A program made the position numbers and the translations under genes. The notes under the pieces are model-generated. The model saw nothing but the letters and a program-made list of their open reading frames with translations. It searched no databases and was not told where the DNA came from. From assembly GCA_008369845.1 (NCBI GenBank), contig MRSU01011003.1, positions 1 to 32,934 of the forward strand: a stretch of DNA of 32,934 nucleotides. The letters run 5' to 3'. The stretch is from Trichomonas gallinae (lineage: Eukaryota). Below, piece after piece: positions 19,216-30,280 of this stretch. The stretch's first letter is position 1; each line of letters starts with the position of its first letter.

Positions 19216-20115
19216 ATGACAAGTATACAGATTGTCTCATGCAGCAACCTTCCAAGGGCCGATGTTGATGGCAACAGCGACCCATATGTCAAGATCTTCG
19301 GCAAGAAGAAGGGCAGCGACAAGTTCAAAGATTTCGCAAAGACAGAAACAATCAAGAACACACTGAACCCAAAGTTCAAGGATAAACCATTCGCCATCAA
19401 GGATGATATCGAAGAAATCAAGCTCGAAGCATACGACTATGATTTCATGGGCAAGAACGATCCACTCGGTGATGTTACATTTAAGATCGCCGAGATGCCA
19501 GGAAACAGACCACAGACAATCAACCTTTCAAGAGTAAAGCTTTCTGTCCTCCAGAACTGCTTCCCATCAATCACATTCATCCTCCAGAAGCCAGGAGAGC
19601 CGGAGCCAGAACCAGCTCCACAGCCAATTGCTCCACCACCAGAGCAGAAGCCACCTCCACCAGCTAAGAAGCAGGACATCAAGTTCAAGATCACAAATGA
19701 TAATGGAAACAAGCTTGTCTTAGGTCTAATGATCATTGATGAGGCCAACAAGAAGTATTATGTATCCGAAGAGAATGATGGTGCTCCAGAGTACTACAAG
19801 AAGTGCAAACTCGAGAATGAATTGAAAGTTAAGCTTGCTAAGGTTCAGGGCGCAATCAAGGTTATCCCATATATCCGCACAACAAAGGCATTCAAAGCTG
19901 GCCATATCAAAGTCTCTGCTCTCATCAAGAACGAAGTTATCTTCGAATTCAAGATGTGGTTAAGATATAGAGGCGAGTGGGCATTCGATCATGTTCTTGA
20001 GCTTCCATCTAAGAACGCCGCACAGGTTAAACCAGTTCATCGCAATAACTATAAGAATGAACAATGGGTTACAAAGATCCCACAGGTTCAGCCAGGCGAT
20101 TATCAGAAATATTAA
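19216..20115 (+). CDS. C2 domain protein with Pro-rich linker
   Basis: NLPRADVDGNSDPYVKI, TLNPKF, YDYDFMGKNDPLG (Ca-binding Asp residues retained); PEPEPAPQP linker; codon usage typical of high expression. Confidence 0.92.
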   Translation: MTSIQIVSCSNLPRADVDGNSDPYVKIFGKKKGSDKFKDFAKTETIKNTLNPKFKDKPFAIKDDIEEIKLEAYDYDFMGKNDPLGDVTFKIAEMPGNRPQTINLSRVKLSVLQNCFPSITFILQKPGEPEPEPAPQPIAPPPEQKPPPPAKKQDIKFKITNDNGNKLVLGLMIIDEANKKYYVSEENDGAPEYYKKCKLENELKVKLAKVQGAIKVIPYIRTTKAFKAGHIKVSALIKNEVIFEFKMWLRYRGEWAFDHVLELPSKNAAQVKPVHRNNYKNEQWVTKIPQVQPGDYQKY

Positions 20116-20168
20116 AATAAATATTGGGTTTTCATTTAGAAAAAATCAATTTTTAAAATATATCATAA

Positions 20169-21119
20169 TTAAAGAACCTTTAGAACAGTCCTAAACTTGT
20201 AATAAACAAAGACAACTGTGATAGAAACTGCAACGAAGAGGATGGTGATAATAACAAGTGCAACAATTAATCCAATTCTTGCTTTATCTTTTGTCTTGCC
20301 TCCTTCGCCCTGTCCTTGTCCATCTGGGCAGTCTGTTGGATCTACAACAGGAGCATTCGTTTTTCCTGAAGGCTGAGGCTGTTGTGATGGATCTGGGCAA
20401 GGAGTTGGTTTAGTTGTTGGCTGTGATGGAGGAACTGTTGGATCTATTGGTGGGTGTGGGTTTGGATTGGTCGATGGAGTGAATTCCAATGAATATTGTT
20501 CAATTCCAGAAATTTGATCGCCAGAAGTTTCAACTGTGACAGTTCCACTACTTCCACTCGATGGATTAGCGATAATCAATGGGTTCTGTGTTGTCACTAT
20601 CTCTGATCCACTGTTCTGGATTGTTTTAACCGCGCTGTAGCTTGCAGGAGTGAATATCTTAGTGACTCCATTCATATTGGATGAAACTTTAACCTTCATC
20701 GATGAAGATGATGATACCCATAAGCATCTTGTTTCATCACTGACTGCAAGATTATATGTTTTTGTCGCTGTGTTAGAAACAACGATACTGGAGCATCTAC
20801 TGTCTAGTGGGAGGTTAGAGAAGACCAATATAGAGAAATAGAATGTTGTTGCTGATCCTGTTGACTCAACAACAATTTTTCCATGAGCTTCTTCGAAATT
20901 AATGATACGCTTAGATGAACTGAATGTTCCAAGGACATTCTTGTTGTAGTCATATGCAACGGCATTGAAATCCTTGTATGAGTCAACAATCACGAAACAA
21001 TTCGCGAGTGGGAATTTTGCGACGTATTCCGTGCCAGAAGGAATGTTTACAGCGACAGAGTTGCTGTTGAGGAACTCTTCTTCAGCAGATAAAGCAAAAG
21101 TAGAGAAGATTAGAAACAT
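20169..21119 (-). CDS. Predicted type I membrane surface protein
   Basis: Signal peptide MFLIFSTFALS, S/T-rich beta ectodomain, P/T/Q-rich stalk, TM IGLIVALVIITILFVAVSITVVFVYY, short tail. Confidence 0.85.
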   Translation of the reverse strand: MFLIFSTFALSAEEEFLNSNSVAVNIPSGTEYVAKFPLANCFVIVDSYKDFNAVAYDYNKNVLGTFSSSKRIINFEEAHGKIVVESTGSATTFYFSILVFSNLPLDSRCSSIVVSNTATKTYNLAVSDETRCLWVSSSSSMKVKVSSNMNGVTKIFTPASYSAVKTIQNSGSEIVTTQNPLIIANPSSGSSGTVTVETSGDQISGIEQYSLEFTPSTNPNPHPPIDPTVPPSQPTTKPTPCPDPSQQPQPSGKTNAPVVDPTDCPDGQGQGEGGKTKDKARIGLIVALVIITILFVAVSITVVFVYYKFRTVLKVL

Positions 21120-21247
21120 AAAAAACAAAATGGTCAAAATTCAAAGCAAATTTTAATTCTTTGCTCTACCGGTATATATCAGAGATTTCATTTTGCCACG
21201 TAAAATATAAAACTGGTTTATTTGTCAGAGATAAATTTGTCAAAAAA

Positions 21248-21854
21248 TTTCAATGTTTTTGTAAACTATTGTATTTTTATAGAAAGTTTTTATTCAGTTT
21301 TTTCACTTCGATGATGCGAGCAGAGCCCCATGGCATTATTACTTCGGATCAAAATATGGCGGCAAACCTATATCTGGTGAAAACTCCAACTTTTCGACAG
21401 AAATTGAAGAGTTATAACGATACTTGAAATTATGCGTATATCATGACTACAAGAAATCAATCGTTAATGTATCATCACAAAATTCATTCATTCTGAGTGC
21501 ATCTTCTTTAATTGCAGCTCAGAAAGTGATGGTGGTGCAACTAATGTTGATTCAAGGATTTCAGTTATTTAGCATAGATTTTGTGGTGTTTCATGTGAAG
21601 CAAATAATGATGGAAATTTTGCATCTATAAATTTGGCTTATGGTACATTAAATCGTAATTTTTTATTTGAAGGCAGTATTACTTCGTGCATCAAACCAGA
21701 CAAACGATATACAGTTCGTCTTACTTATGGCCAAACTCTCATCTCTTCCACTAACATCAGCAAAAACACAGCATCATATTATTCTGCATATTACATAGCT
21801 GTTTCACGTTCATTTACCGGCAGAATAAGTTTTTCATCATTCATCAATAGATAA
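21248..21854 (+). pseudogene. Truncated, degraded copy of the Pmp-like gene at 15737-16758 (inverted orientation)
   Basis: Clear nucleotide and protein similarity (PWHYYFGS, HDYKKS, EGS..SCIKPD..YTV...YGQTLISSTNISKNTAS). ATG mutated to AAG (21284), in-frame TAA, frameshifts, 3' truncation. Confidence 0.85.
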
Positions 21855-22553
21855 CACTTTTAATTTGGTGTCGTGCACTGATGCATATGCTATTTGCGGC
21901 AATATTATTGTAAATAATCAATATAATTTAAAATCTATATTATAATTCATGTGTTATAAATATTACAAATAAGTTTGCTGTTATTAAATTTCAGTCCTGT
22001 AATGTTTGAACAAGATCGCAAAATTTTGTAAATTTAATGGAATATATGAGAATTTGTTCCTTGAATCTTAAGCAGGTTCGGAGATAGAAAACAGTCCAAA
22101 ATTGCATAATTTTGAAATAATATTTTAATTTATTATTTACTTCATTATGATCAAATTCAGGAAGCAGCTTTATTCGATATACTCGATAGTATTAATATTA
22201 GGTTGCATTTTTCATGTACTGGACTTCGTAATCGAAATCATTTTTCAGAAAATATGAAAAATTGCATTTCACACTTATGAATAAACACTACTCATATTAG
22301 TATATAATAATCTAATCCATTTTTATCTAAAATCATAGATATTGGACAATTTGATGTTAATTTTCAGCTTCTTATAAAAATTAGTCTTTGCTCTCTACTA
22401 CATCTTCATTATCTGAACCTTCTTCGTTTACAGCTTCAGCCAACTTCATTCGTCCAATTTTTTATCAATCAAATTAAATGCAACATTTGCTTATGAATAA
22501 GATAATTGCATAAGAAAGAATGGATTAATAAAGTAGTTCAAAACATGATAAAT

Positions 22554-23051
22554 TTACAAGAAAGAAATGCTGTCTACGCCGAAAAGCATTTCGAATTCTG
22601 GTCTAGCAAATTCAAACAAGTTTAAGAATTGTTGAGTAACATCTTCTTCTAATTGTGGTGCAGCTGGAATAGCTGGAAGAGGTGATTTAGCAACTAATTC
22701 AATTCCGGAATCTTTCAGTTTACGCGCTTTCAGTCTAAATCTATTGCGAACACCATTAGCAGAGCGATTTTTGAAATAGCGAGCAATTTTAGTCCAACGG
22801 GAACCATATTTGTTATGCATCTTTTCTAGAAGCTTGTCTTCTTCCTCTGACCATGGTTGATTTGTGATATTTGGGTTTAGATAGTTGTACCATCTATCAC
22901 GGCATTGTCTTGGAGTACGATTTTTCATCTCAATTGCAATTGTTTCCCAGTCGCGTGTTCCCAGTCTTTCAATAAGAGAAACCAATTTATCATCTTCACT
23001 CCTAGAGAACTTAACCTTTGGTGCTGTGAGCTGGTTTGCTTTTGGTGCCAT
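22554..23051 (-). CDS. R2R3 Myb-like DNA-binding protein
   Basis: KFSRSEDDKL...DWETIA...RTPRQCRDRWYNYLNP; WSEEEDKLL...YGSRWTKIA. Confidence 0.95.
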   Translation of the reverse strand: MAPKANQLTAPKVKFSRSEDDKLVSLIERLGTRDWETIAIEMKNRTPRQCRDRWYNYLNPNITNQPWSEEEDKLLEKMHNKYGSRWTKIARYFKNRSANGVRNRFRLKARKLKDSGIELVAKSPLPAIPAAPQLEEDVTQQFLNLFEFARPEFEMLFGVDSISFL

Positions 23052-25000
23052 CTATAGATGTGAAGTTCAGATTATTTTTTGTAGAGTTATTTTTTGTATA
23101 ACAATCAAAATTTTCAGAAATATTTTGTGAAAATTGAAATTCAATCTTTCAATTCGTGAAGAATTTCATGCACGAGTGTTGATTAGTGGTATTGCTCTTA
23201 TATCAAATTTTTCTGAGTTTCCCTTTTTATTTTTTTTTTTTTTACTTTTGTGATTCTCATCTACTAGCATTATCACAGCAATGATTCCAGTTATTTTTTG
23301 TAAGAAACCGTTGAATTGATAAAACTTTTTCCCTAAAAAAATATTATTCTCAAGATTAAGCTATCAATAATAGAACTAATAAAATACTCAAATTGATAAA
23401 AAAACGTGAATTCAAATAATGTTCTAATCTATTGGTGATAATCAAAATGTGATCAAAATAAATGAAGATCAAAATTTAAAAGTGATTGAAAAAATAACCA
23501 TATAATCCAATCAAAATTTTAAACTTCCGAATAGAAAAAATAAATATTTTACTTTTGATAAATCTATTCTACTACTTATAAGGAGTAGAAGTAATGACTT
23601 TATGAGAATTTTACAAAATTACAATTCCTCTGAAATTTTTTTATTTTTTGTGAAGAAGAAGAACAAGTTTTTTACGTCTCGACTGAGATCTTGTTGATCT
23701 TGCCCGCTGTACATTATTAGACAGAATGATTCCAAATCCAAGGAATCATATGACAGTAAAAAAGTTGTTCAGCTAATTTTGGGATTTTATCTGTAGCATT
23801 GTTAAACAAATGGAAATATCAAAAAAGAAAATTTGGACGACCCACTTACGTCGAATTCTGAATGTTCTCAGAAAAAATAATCAAACTTAAATTACAAATG
23901 TTTGTCATATGGAATGAAATATGATTTTATGAATATTTGGTCAAAACGAAATTTTTTGTTTTTCTGATGGGCGATTAATGATTTTTTTCTCTTTTTTCCA
24001 AGCATCTCGTTGTAAACGACAATGTACAGATGTTTCATTCCTATACATATTCCCATTCTCTATATTTAAACCCCATTTGTGAAATTTGATTCAACAATCC
24101 AATAATAAGTGTCCATACTCGAGCGACAAAATTTGTTTACGAATACGAAACGAATATACAAATAATCGTCCGTGAAAAATCAAAAAATCAATATTCTCGA
24201 CATAATCAATTGATTATTTTCAAGAATAAATCATAGATATCACTGCAAATAGCTATTTATAGATATTGGACAAAATATGAAGCCAGAATAGCAAATTTAA
24301 AAGTTTGGCGTTTGAGAAATTTTTATTGTCTTCAAATATTTTTCATGCACGTTAAATCTGAACTATCATAATTTGATTCTTGATATGTATATGAGTTTGT
24401 CTATAAATAATTAGATATTTAGAAATTAATTAATTTTCCTCTCAAAGTTATATTTAATTTTATTCTATACTATGATCTATGTTATGTAATTAGTAGAATT
24501 ATCAAGTTAAATTGCATTTCGCATTTGCCAATTCCACTCAAAATATTGAATTCGGTAATCAAAATTAATTATTTGTAATTTAATATATTTGATTTGCTGT
24601 AATGATGTGAATTGTACACAAATCTATTTTTTCTGGTTGTCATGTTTTCACGTACAAAAAAGTTATTGTTGTATTTCGATAAATTATCATGCATATGGTA
24701 ATATATTTTTGAATTCTGTTTACTAACATATTCAAAATTATTCTATCAAATAAACTTTTTATTCCCAATATTAAATATCACCATAAAATAAGCTAAATAT
24801 CGATTACCAACTTTTTAACCCATTCAAAAATTGAGAGCAGAGTAAATGTCCGGACACATTATTTTGAGAGCAATTTTTACAATCTAAAAACTTCTAAATA
24901 CGAACATCCCAGACATTATATATAGTTATTTTGAAAATTATTTTTTCTTTTCAAAATCATTATTTGAGAGAGATTCCTGCTTAAGCATCCTAAAATAGAT

Positions 25001-25483
25001 ATGAGTAACGTTCGTAAGATAAAGTTCACGCCAGAAGAAGATGAGAAGCTAAAGAAGTTAATAAAACAGCTTGGAACTCGAGATTGGGAAGTTATTTCGA
25101 TCGAAATGAAGACCAGGACAAGCAGACAGTGCCGAGACAGATGGAACAACTACTTGTGTCCTAACCTGAATAATGAGCCGTTCTCAGAAGAAGAGGATAA
25201 CCTGCTCTTAAAGCTTTTCGAAAAGTATGGACCAAAGTGGAAGAAGATTGGTTCATACTTCGATAAAAGATCAACCAATAAACTTAGAGGTAGATTTGCA
25301 GCACTACAACGCAAGAAGGAACCAACTACTCCTAAACCACAGGAGAGTCAGTTCCCATCTCCCTCACCTGATCCTAAGCCAGAATTTAAGTCTATGTTCC
25401 CTGTAACATATGATGCAAATCTAGCTGCGATCTTGCAATTTGATGCTGACCCGTTTTCGGACCTGCCCATGTTTTCTTTGTAA
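25001..25483 (+). CDS. R2R3 Myb-like DNA-binding protein
   Basis: KFTPEEDEKL...DWEVIS...RTSRQCRDRWNNYLCP; FSEEEDNLL...YGPKWKKI. Confidence 0.95.
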   Translation: MSNVRKIKFTPEEDEKLKKLIKQLGTRDWEVISIEMKTRTSRQCRDRWNNYLCPNLNNEPFSEEEDNLLLKLFEKYGPKWKKIGSYFDKRSTNKLRGRFAALQRKKEPTTPKPQESQFPSPSPDPKPEFKSMFPVTYDANLAAILQFDADPFSDLPMFSL

Positions 25484-25909
25484 ATAATTTTGTCTATGCA
25501 TATCCTTAATTGCCTCATTTATTCTCACGTTCATTGTCCATGATTTCAATCTAATTTGCTTACATAACGAACAAAGACAAAAATAATTATTGAATTCTTT
25601 ATTGACAGCACCAACATACAGAAATTTTACTGAATCCGCTACCACTAGTCCATAGAAAACTTTCTTTTTCATTATCTAAGCCAAAAATTAATGGCTGATT
25701 ATATGTTTGATATTAATTAAACATTTCATAGTTTGTGAATAAAATATTTTCATTCACTAATCTATATGTGTTTAACTGATGAAGATGTAAACGAACTGTA
25801 TGAATATTTAAAACAAGCAATAAACAAAAACTATGCGTGACACATGTTCTCTTAGCAATAAATAGAGAGTAATAGTGTGTATGAATGCAGTGTTAACAAC
25901 AGTAAATCC

Positions 25910-27571
25910 TTAATCCATTTTGATATTTTGATAAATATTATGAACAAACAAATTGGCGGATGAAAATCCAATACCTCCACAAAGCAATGATATGCAAATT
26001 GATATGAAGACAGAAATGGTGAAATAAGCAACAGTTTGGAATAAGCCATTCATCGAAGTATTTCTGCCGAAATAGATAAACGAATATATCAATGTCGATA
26101 GGCCTGTAGACTCCGGATTTATGAAAGACTTCCATTGCCAGTGATAATTTTCTGCTTGAAGAAGAAGATAAACGGAAATTATTGATGAACAGCAAGCGTT
26201 GACAGATATTAAGCAAACTGCTATGGATAAAAGCTCAAATGGATAGAAAACATTTGGATTCCATAATGATACTAAAATATAATGCATTTCGATCGTAGCT
26301 GGGATTCCGCACACTATGAAAGAGAAGAATCCTAACCATGGTGTTTTGAGATACCACGGTTGAATTGGCACTTTGCGTGGAATTAATGTAACCTCGCATT
26401 TATTTCCCATGTAAAACTTTCTTTTAACAGCAACAAAGCCGCCAAACGATGATAAAGGAATAAGTATTATAACGAATATGATCAAAAACACGATGATGTT
26501 AAATATTGAAACTCCAAAAGTTGTTTTGTTCACTATTGACATCAAATAAGTTGGAAATAGTAATACTATGGCTGATAATGGTATAAATGAAATGGAACCA
26601 AATGATATTCTCAGCCATTTATGGATTCCGAATGCTTGTGAAAGTGAAACTGAAACCATTCCACAAAGTGGAGCTGTAATTGCGAAAAATGTAAGAGGAA
26701 ATTGTGATTCTGAGTTATATTTCCACATGAAAAATGAATATAATAAGCAAAATACTAAAAATTGCGTGCTTGGACCAGATAACAATGCCAATAACACCAT
26801 ATTCTGTGGGGGACGAAATACATCGCCTTTAATAGCCTTCCATCCGCGATCGTTGAGCGATTCGAATTCGAAACCTTCGAAACTCTTCATTGAAATGGAT
26901 TCTTTTGTAAATATTTTGTTTCTTATTAAGGCAACAAGTAGGATAAGGAGCATTGCAAGGATGGATGTATTAAATAGAGAATATAGATGAACAGAACTCT
27001 TAATATATGATTCATTTCGTATTCTAGCAAGTCTTTTCTCGTTTACTTCTTTAAATGTCGATGAAAATGAGAATCTTATTTCAGTATTTTCCGCGATATC
27101 AACTGGATTTGTTCCTGTTATATTTACGTCTGTTAAAGTACCATTTATTGCATTTATGCTTATAGCTAAGTGCGAATATATTTGAGCTTTGTCCGATGCT
27201 GTTGTTCCAATGCGATACCATGAAGGTATTTTATCTATCGAAAATTCTATCACGTAGTTGTTCTCTATAATATGGCGAAGAAGTTTTGCTGACTCTTTAG
27301 TCAATGTGTTCGTACAAATTGTTTTATTGTCTGTTTTTTTGTTATATTCTATGATAATGTCGGCAAATACTGGCTTAGATCCTATGAATGACTCAACCCA
27401 TGAGTAAGATGTCTGCATTTTCTGCTTTTGAGTGCAAAATAAATATCTTGATAATTCATAAGTCGACGCTGGATTGTCATATGGGTATATTTTGTTTGCA
27501 TATACAAGCAGCCTGTCATCTTCTTTGTATTTGTTGTTCGCTGTTGAACAAACAACCAAAGAGAAAAACAT
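25910..27571 (-). CDS. Transmembrane 9 superfamily (nonaspanin / endomembrane protein 70)
   Basis: Signal peptide; VYANKIYPYDNP..TY; GWKAIKGDVFRPP; ENYHWQWKSF; about 9 TMs; C-terminal KMD (KxD/E motif). Confidence 0.95.
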   Translation of the reverse strand: MFFSLVVCSTANNKYKEDDRLLVYANKIYPYDNPASTYELSRYLFCTQKQKMQTSYSWVESFIGSKPVFADIIIEYNKKTDNKTICTNTLTKESAKLLRHIIENNYVIEFSIDKIPSWYRIGTTASDKAQIYSHLAISINAINGTLTDVNITGTNPVDIAENTEIRFSFSSTFKEVNEKRLARIRNESYIKSSVHLYSLFNTSILAMLLILLVALIRNKIFTKESISMKSFEGFEFESLNDRGWKAIKGDVFRPPQNMVLLALLSGPSTQFLVFCLLYSFFMWKYNSESQFPLTFFAITAPLCGMVSVSLSQAFGIHKWLRISFGSISFIPLSAIVLLFPTYLMSIVNKTTFGVSIFNIIVFLIIFVIILIPLSSFGGFVAVKRKFYMGNKCEVTLIPRKVPIQPWYLKTPWLGFFSFIVCGIPATIEMHYILVSLWNPNVFYPFELLSIAVCLISVNACCSSIISVYLLLQAENYHWQWKSFINPESTGLSTLIYSFIYFGRNTSMNGLFQTVAYFTISVFISICISLLCGGIGFSSANLFVHNIYQNIKMD

Positions 27572-28213
27572 CAAAAAAACAAAAATGAAGTCAATTTATC
27601 AATAAAACTCATTCTTTATGCATTTTGCAATGAAATATCTCTATTTTGATAAAAATTTTGAAAGATTCAAATTAGAAATCTGATCAAAATGAAAAACTAA
27701 CATTCTAATTTATAGAATTCGATTCTACTAATGTTTTTAAAACTATATTTTGAATATTGATATCTATTATCGATCAAATTCTTTCGCTTGGAGTTGAATA
27801 TTATCAAAAATCAAACTCTTGCTAAAATTGATGATAATATTGGATAATAATTCTAATGTCAAATTTATTGATTTATTAAAATTTTCAAATTTAAATAAAA
27901 CCATAGTAAAAACCTAGAAAATGCAACTAATTTTATAAAAAATTTATCATCATCAAAAAAACATTTTCATTTCTTACAGTATATTTCCTTAGATATTGAT
28001 AAATTATTCTCAATATATAGACTTATATCCATATGCAAAGTTTGGAGCCATAATCTTGGCTGTATAATGAGTTAGCGAATCAAAGTTTGATAACGTGGAT
28101 AACTTTATTTTTTATTATAATAAAATCGTCACAGCGAGACACGATTAAATCACTCATATAATCAAAATATTTTAAAATTAAAAGTGAAATGTCAATTTTT
28201 TATTCATTTGTAA

Positions 28214-28732
28214 ATGAAGAAAGCATTTGACCAGTTTCAGGCACCAGACTTCTATATCAGGCGCTATTTCATATCCCAGTTCATGTCGTGGACCGATGTG
28301 CATTTTATTCGCGACGGAACTAAAGTTAAAAACTGGAAAAATGCTATTTCTACAAAAATAAGGATTTCTCCGGAAAACAATAAAAATATCGAAATTCAAG
28401 GCGATAAAATATATCAGGGAATTACAGATTTAAAGGAAGAAACAACAAATGATGATGCGAAAACAAGATACTTACTTTTATATTTTCAGAAAGATTGCTT
28501 CGCCATTACTTGCCGTCCTGAACATTTAGATCAAATAACTGCTGCCTTATCATTTGTTCTCGATTTAAAGGTTGACAAACCCATCGTTGTCGAAAAGCTT
28601 GCGTCTTTTGAGAACTTGATTGCTGAAAGCAGGAGAATACTTGCACAGAACGTTGAGCAAGAAGCTCCAGCGGTTCCAAACTTACCAAATATGGCAAGCG
28701 TCGAAAAGCTTTATCCACCAAATCCATGCTAA
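28214..28732 (+). CDS. Hypothetical protein (172 aa)
   Basis: ATG ORF with Inr TCATTT at 28204-28209 and a TAAA stop/polyA context. Confidence 0.75.
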   Translation: MKKAFDQFQAPDFYIRRYFISQFMSWTDVHFIRDGTKVKNWKNAISTKIRISPENNKNIEIQGDKIYQGITDLKEETTNDDAKTRYLLLYFQKDCFAITCRPEHLDQITAALSFVLDLKVDKPIVVEKLASFENLIAESRRILAQNVEQEAPAVPNLPNMASVEKLYPPNPC

Positions 28733-28912
28733 ATGTATTTGTTTGCAATGTCGACATTATAGTATTATTAAAAATGTACTCGAATTATTTTATTAAAATT
28801 ACGAAAATCAATTTTTTAAAACAAATCTACATGGTAACTATACAGAAAAACACCTATAATCTCATTCAAATAAGGAAATTTTTAAATAATAACAAGGAAA
28901 TAAAAAATATGA

Positions 28913-29983
28913 TTAATTACGTGTCTTTCTAAGCTTTGGGCAGTCTATATCTTGAAGCCACTGAAGTTTTTCTTCTTGTAAAAGAAGTCTATCATCGAGT
29001 TTCTTCATTGTAACGGCTAATGAAGTAATTTCTTCCTGCATTCTTTCGATTGCAGCAAAAATATCACCATCATCCATTTCCAGTGAATTAGGATCAATAG
29101 GTTTGTCTTCAAGCTTATAAGCGCAAATTTTGCGGTCTTCGCCTGATGTAACGAAACCGCGAGCAGATGGGAGCCAGCAGCAAGAAAGAACGAATCCATC
29201 ATGGTGATTGAATGTCGCTGCAATATCAGCGATCTTCAAATCCCATAATCTTGCATATCCGTCTCTACCAACACTTAAGAGATCTTCGTTATATGGATTG
29301 AACATGACACTTGTTACGCCATCGATATGTGCTGAATGCTTTTGAAGAAGACTTTCTGTTCTTAAATCCCAGATTTTAACAGAGTGATCGAAAGAGCCTG
29401 CAGCAATGCAAGTACCACCACTGTGGAATGATATTGATGATATATCAGCTGCACACAGTGTTGGGATTGTATATACAGGCTTTGCGTCTCTTTGGTCGTA
29501 AATATAAATATTTGGATCATTTCCTGCTGTTGCGATTAAATTGTTATGCCATTTGATATCTCTTACCCAGCCTTTCATAGATGAAAGAGTGCGACGCTTT
29601 GTAAATTTGTTTAAAGACCAAATTGCTGCTGTTTTATCGTTGGAGCCAGTTACAATGTATTGTCCATCTGGAGACCAACAAACAGCTCTTGCAATTTGCT
29701 GATGTGCTTTGAAAGTAGAAATTTCTTTCTTCTGTGCAACGCTGCAAATCATAACGCTTCCGCTGTTCGTGCAACTAGCGATTAATTGCGAATTTGGTGA
29801 TATTGAGCACGCGAGAAATGGATCTTGATAGCTTTGAACGAATTTCGTTTCTCTTGTGATTAAATCTGTTATTCCGATGCTACCATCTGTAGAAGCTGTA
29901 ACAATCCAGCCCATATCTTGGCTAATATCAATCTGGTTTATTGGCGCTGAATGACGCTTTAACGTATAATCCAATTTCCACAT
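28913..29983 (-). CDS. POC1: WD40 repeat protein, POC1 (centriole/basal body protein)-like
   Basis: About 7 WD40 repeats followed by a C-terminal coiled coil ITSLAVTMKKLDDRLLLQEEKL resembling the POC1 signature. Confidence 0.7.
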   Translation of the reverse strand: MWKLDYTLKRHSAPINQIDISQDMGWIVTASTDGSIGITDLITRETKFVQSYQDPFLACSISPNSQLIASCTNSGSVMICSVAQKKEISTFKAHQQIARAVCWSPDGQYIVTGSNDKTAAIWSLNKFTKRRTLSSMKGWVRDIKWHNNLIATAGNDPNIYIYDQRDAKPVYTIPTLCAADISSISFHSGGTCIAAGSFDHSVKIWDLRTESLLQKHSAHIDGVTSVMFNPYNEDLLSVGRDGYARLWDLKIADIAATFNHHDGFVLSCCWLPSARGFVTSGEDRKICAYKLEDKPIDPNSLEMDDGDIFAAIERMQEEITSLAVTMKKLDDRLLLQEEKLQWLQDIDCPKLRKTRN

Positions 29984-30280
29984 CTACTCAAAATAATAAA
30001 AAAATTTCAAACGGCAAATAACCTTTAAAATTTGGCATTACATGACAAAAATCAATTTACATGTCATAATACTCTTTATATGTCAAATTATTACTATTTC
30101 AATGTTACATCATTTCTTCTTTCCATATACATATAATTTCGAATAGCATGACTCTTTAATGTTATTAGATCAATATAAATGATGTGCTTATTCTATTGAT
30201 TAATTTTGAATTTTAATTTATTCTAATAATTAAATTGAAATAATAACTTCTAAAGACAGTTAATCAATGACATAAATTGA

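Noticed and set aside
19437..19751. Gly-rich antisense ORF
   Set aside because: Antisense shadow of the Pro-rich linker in the C2 gene.
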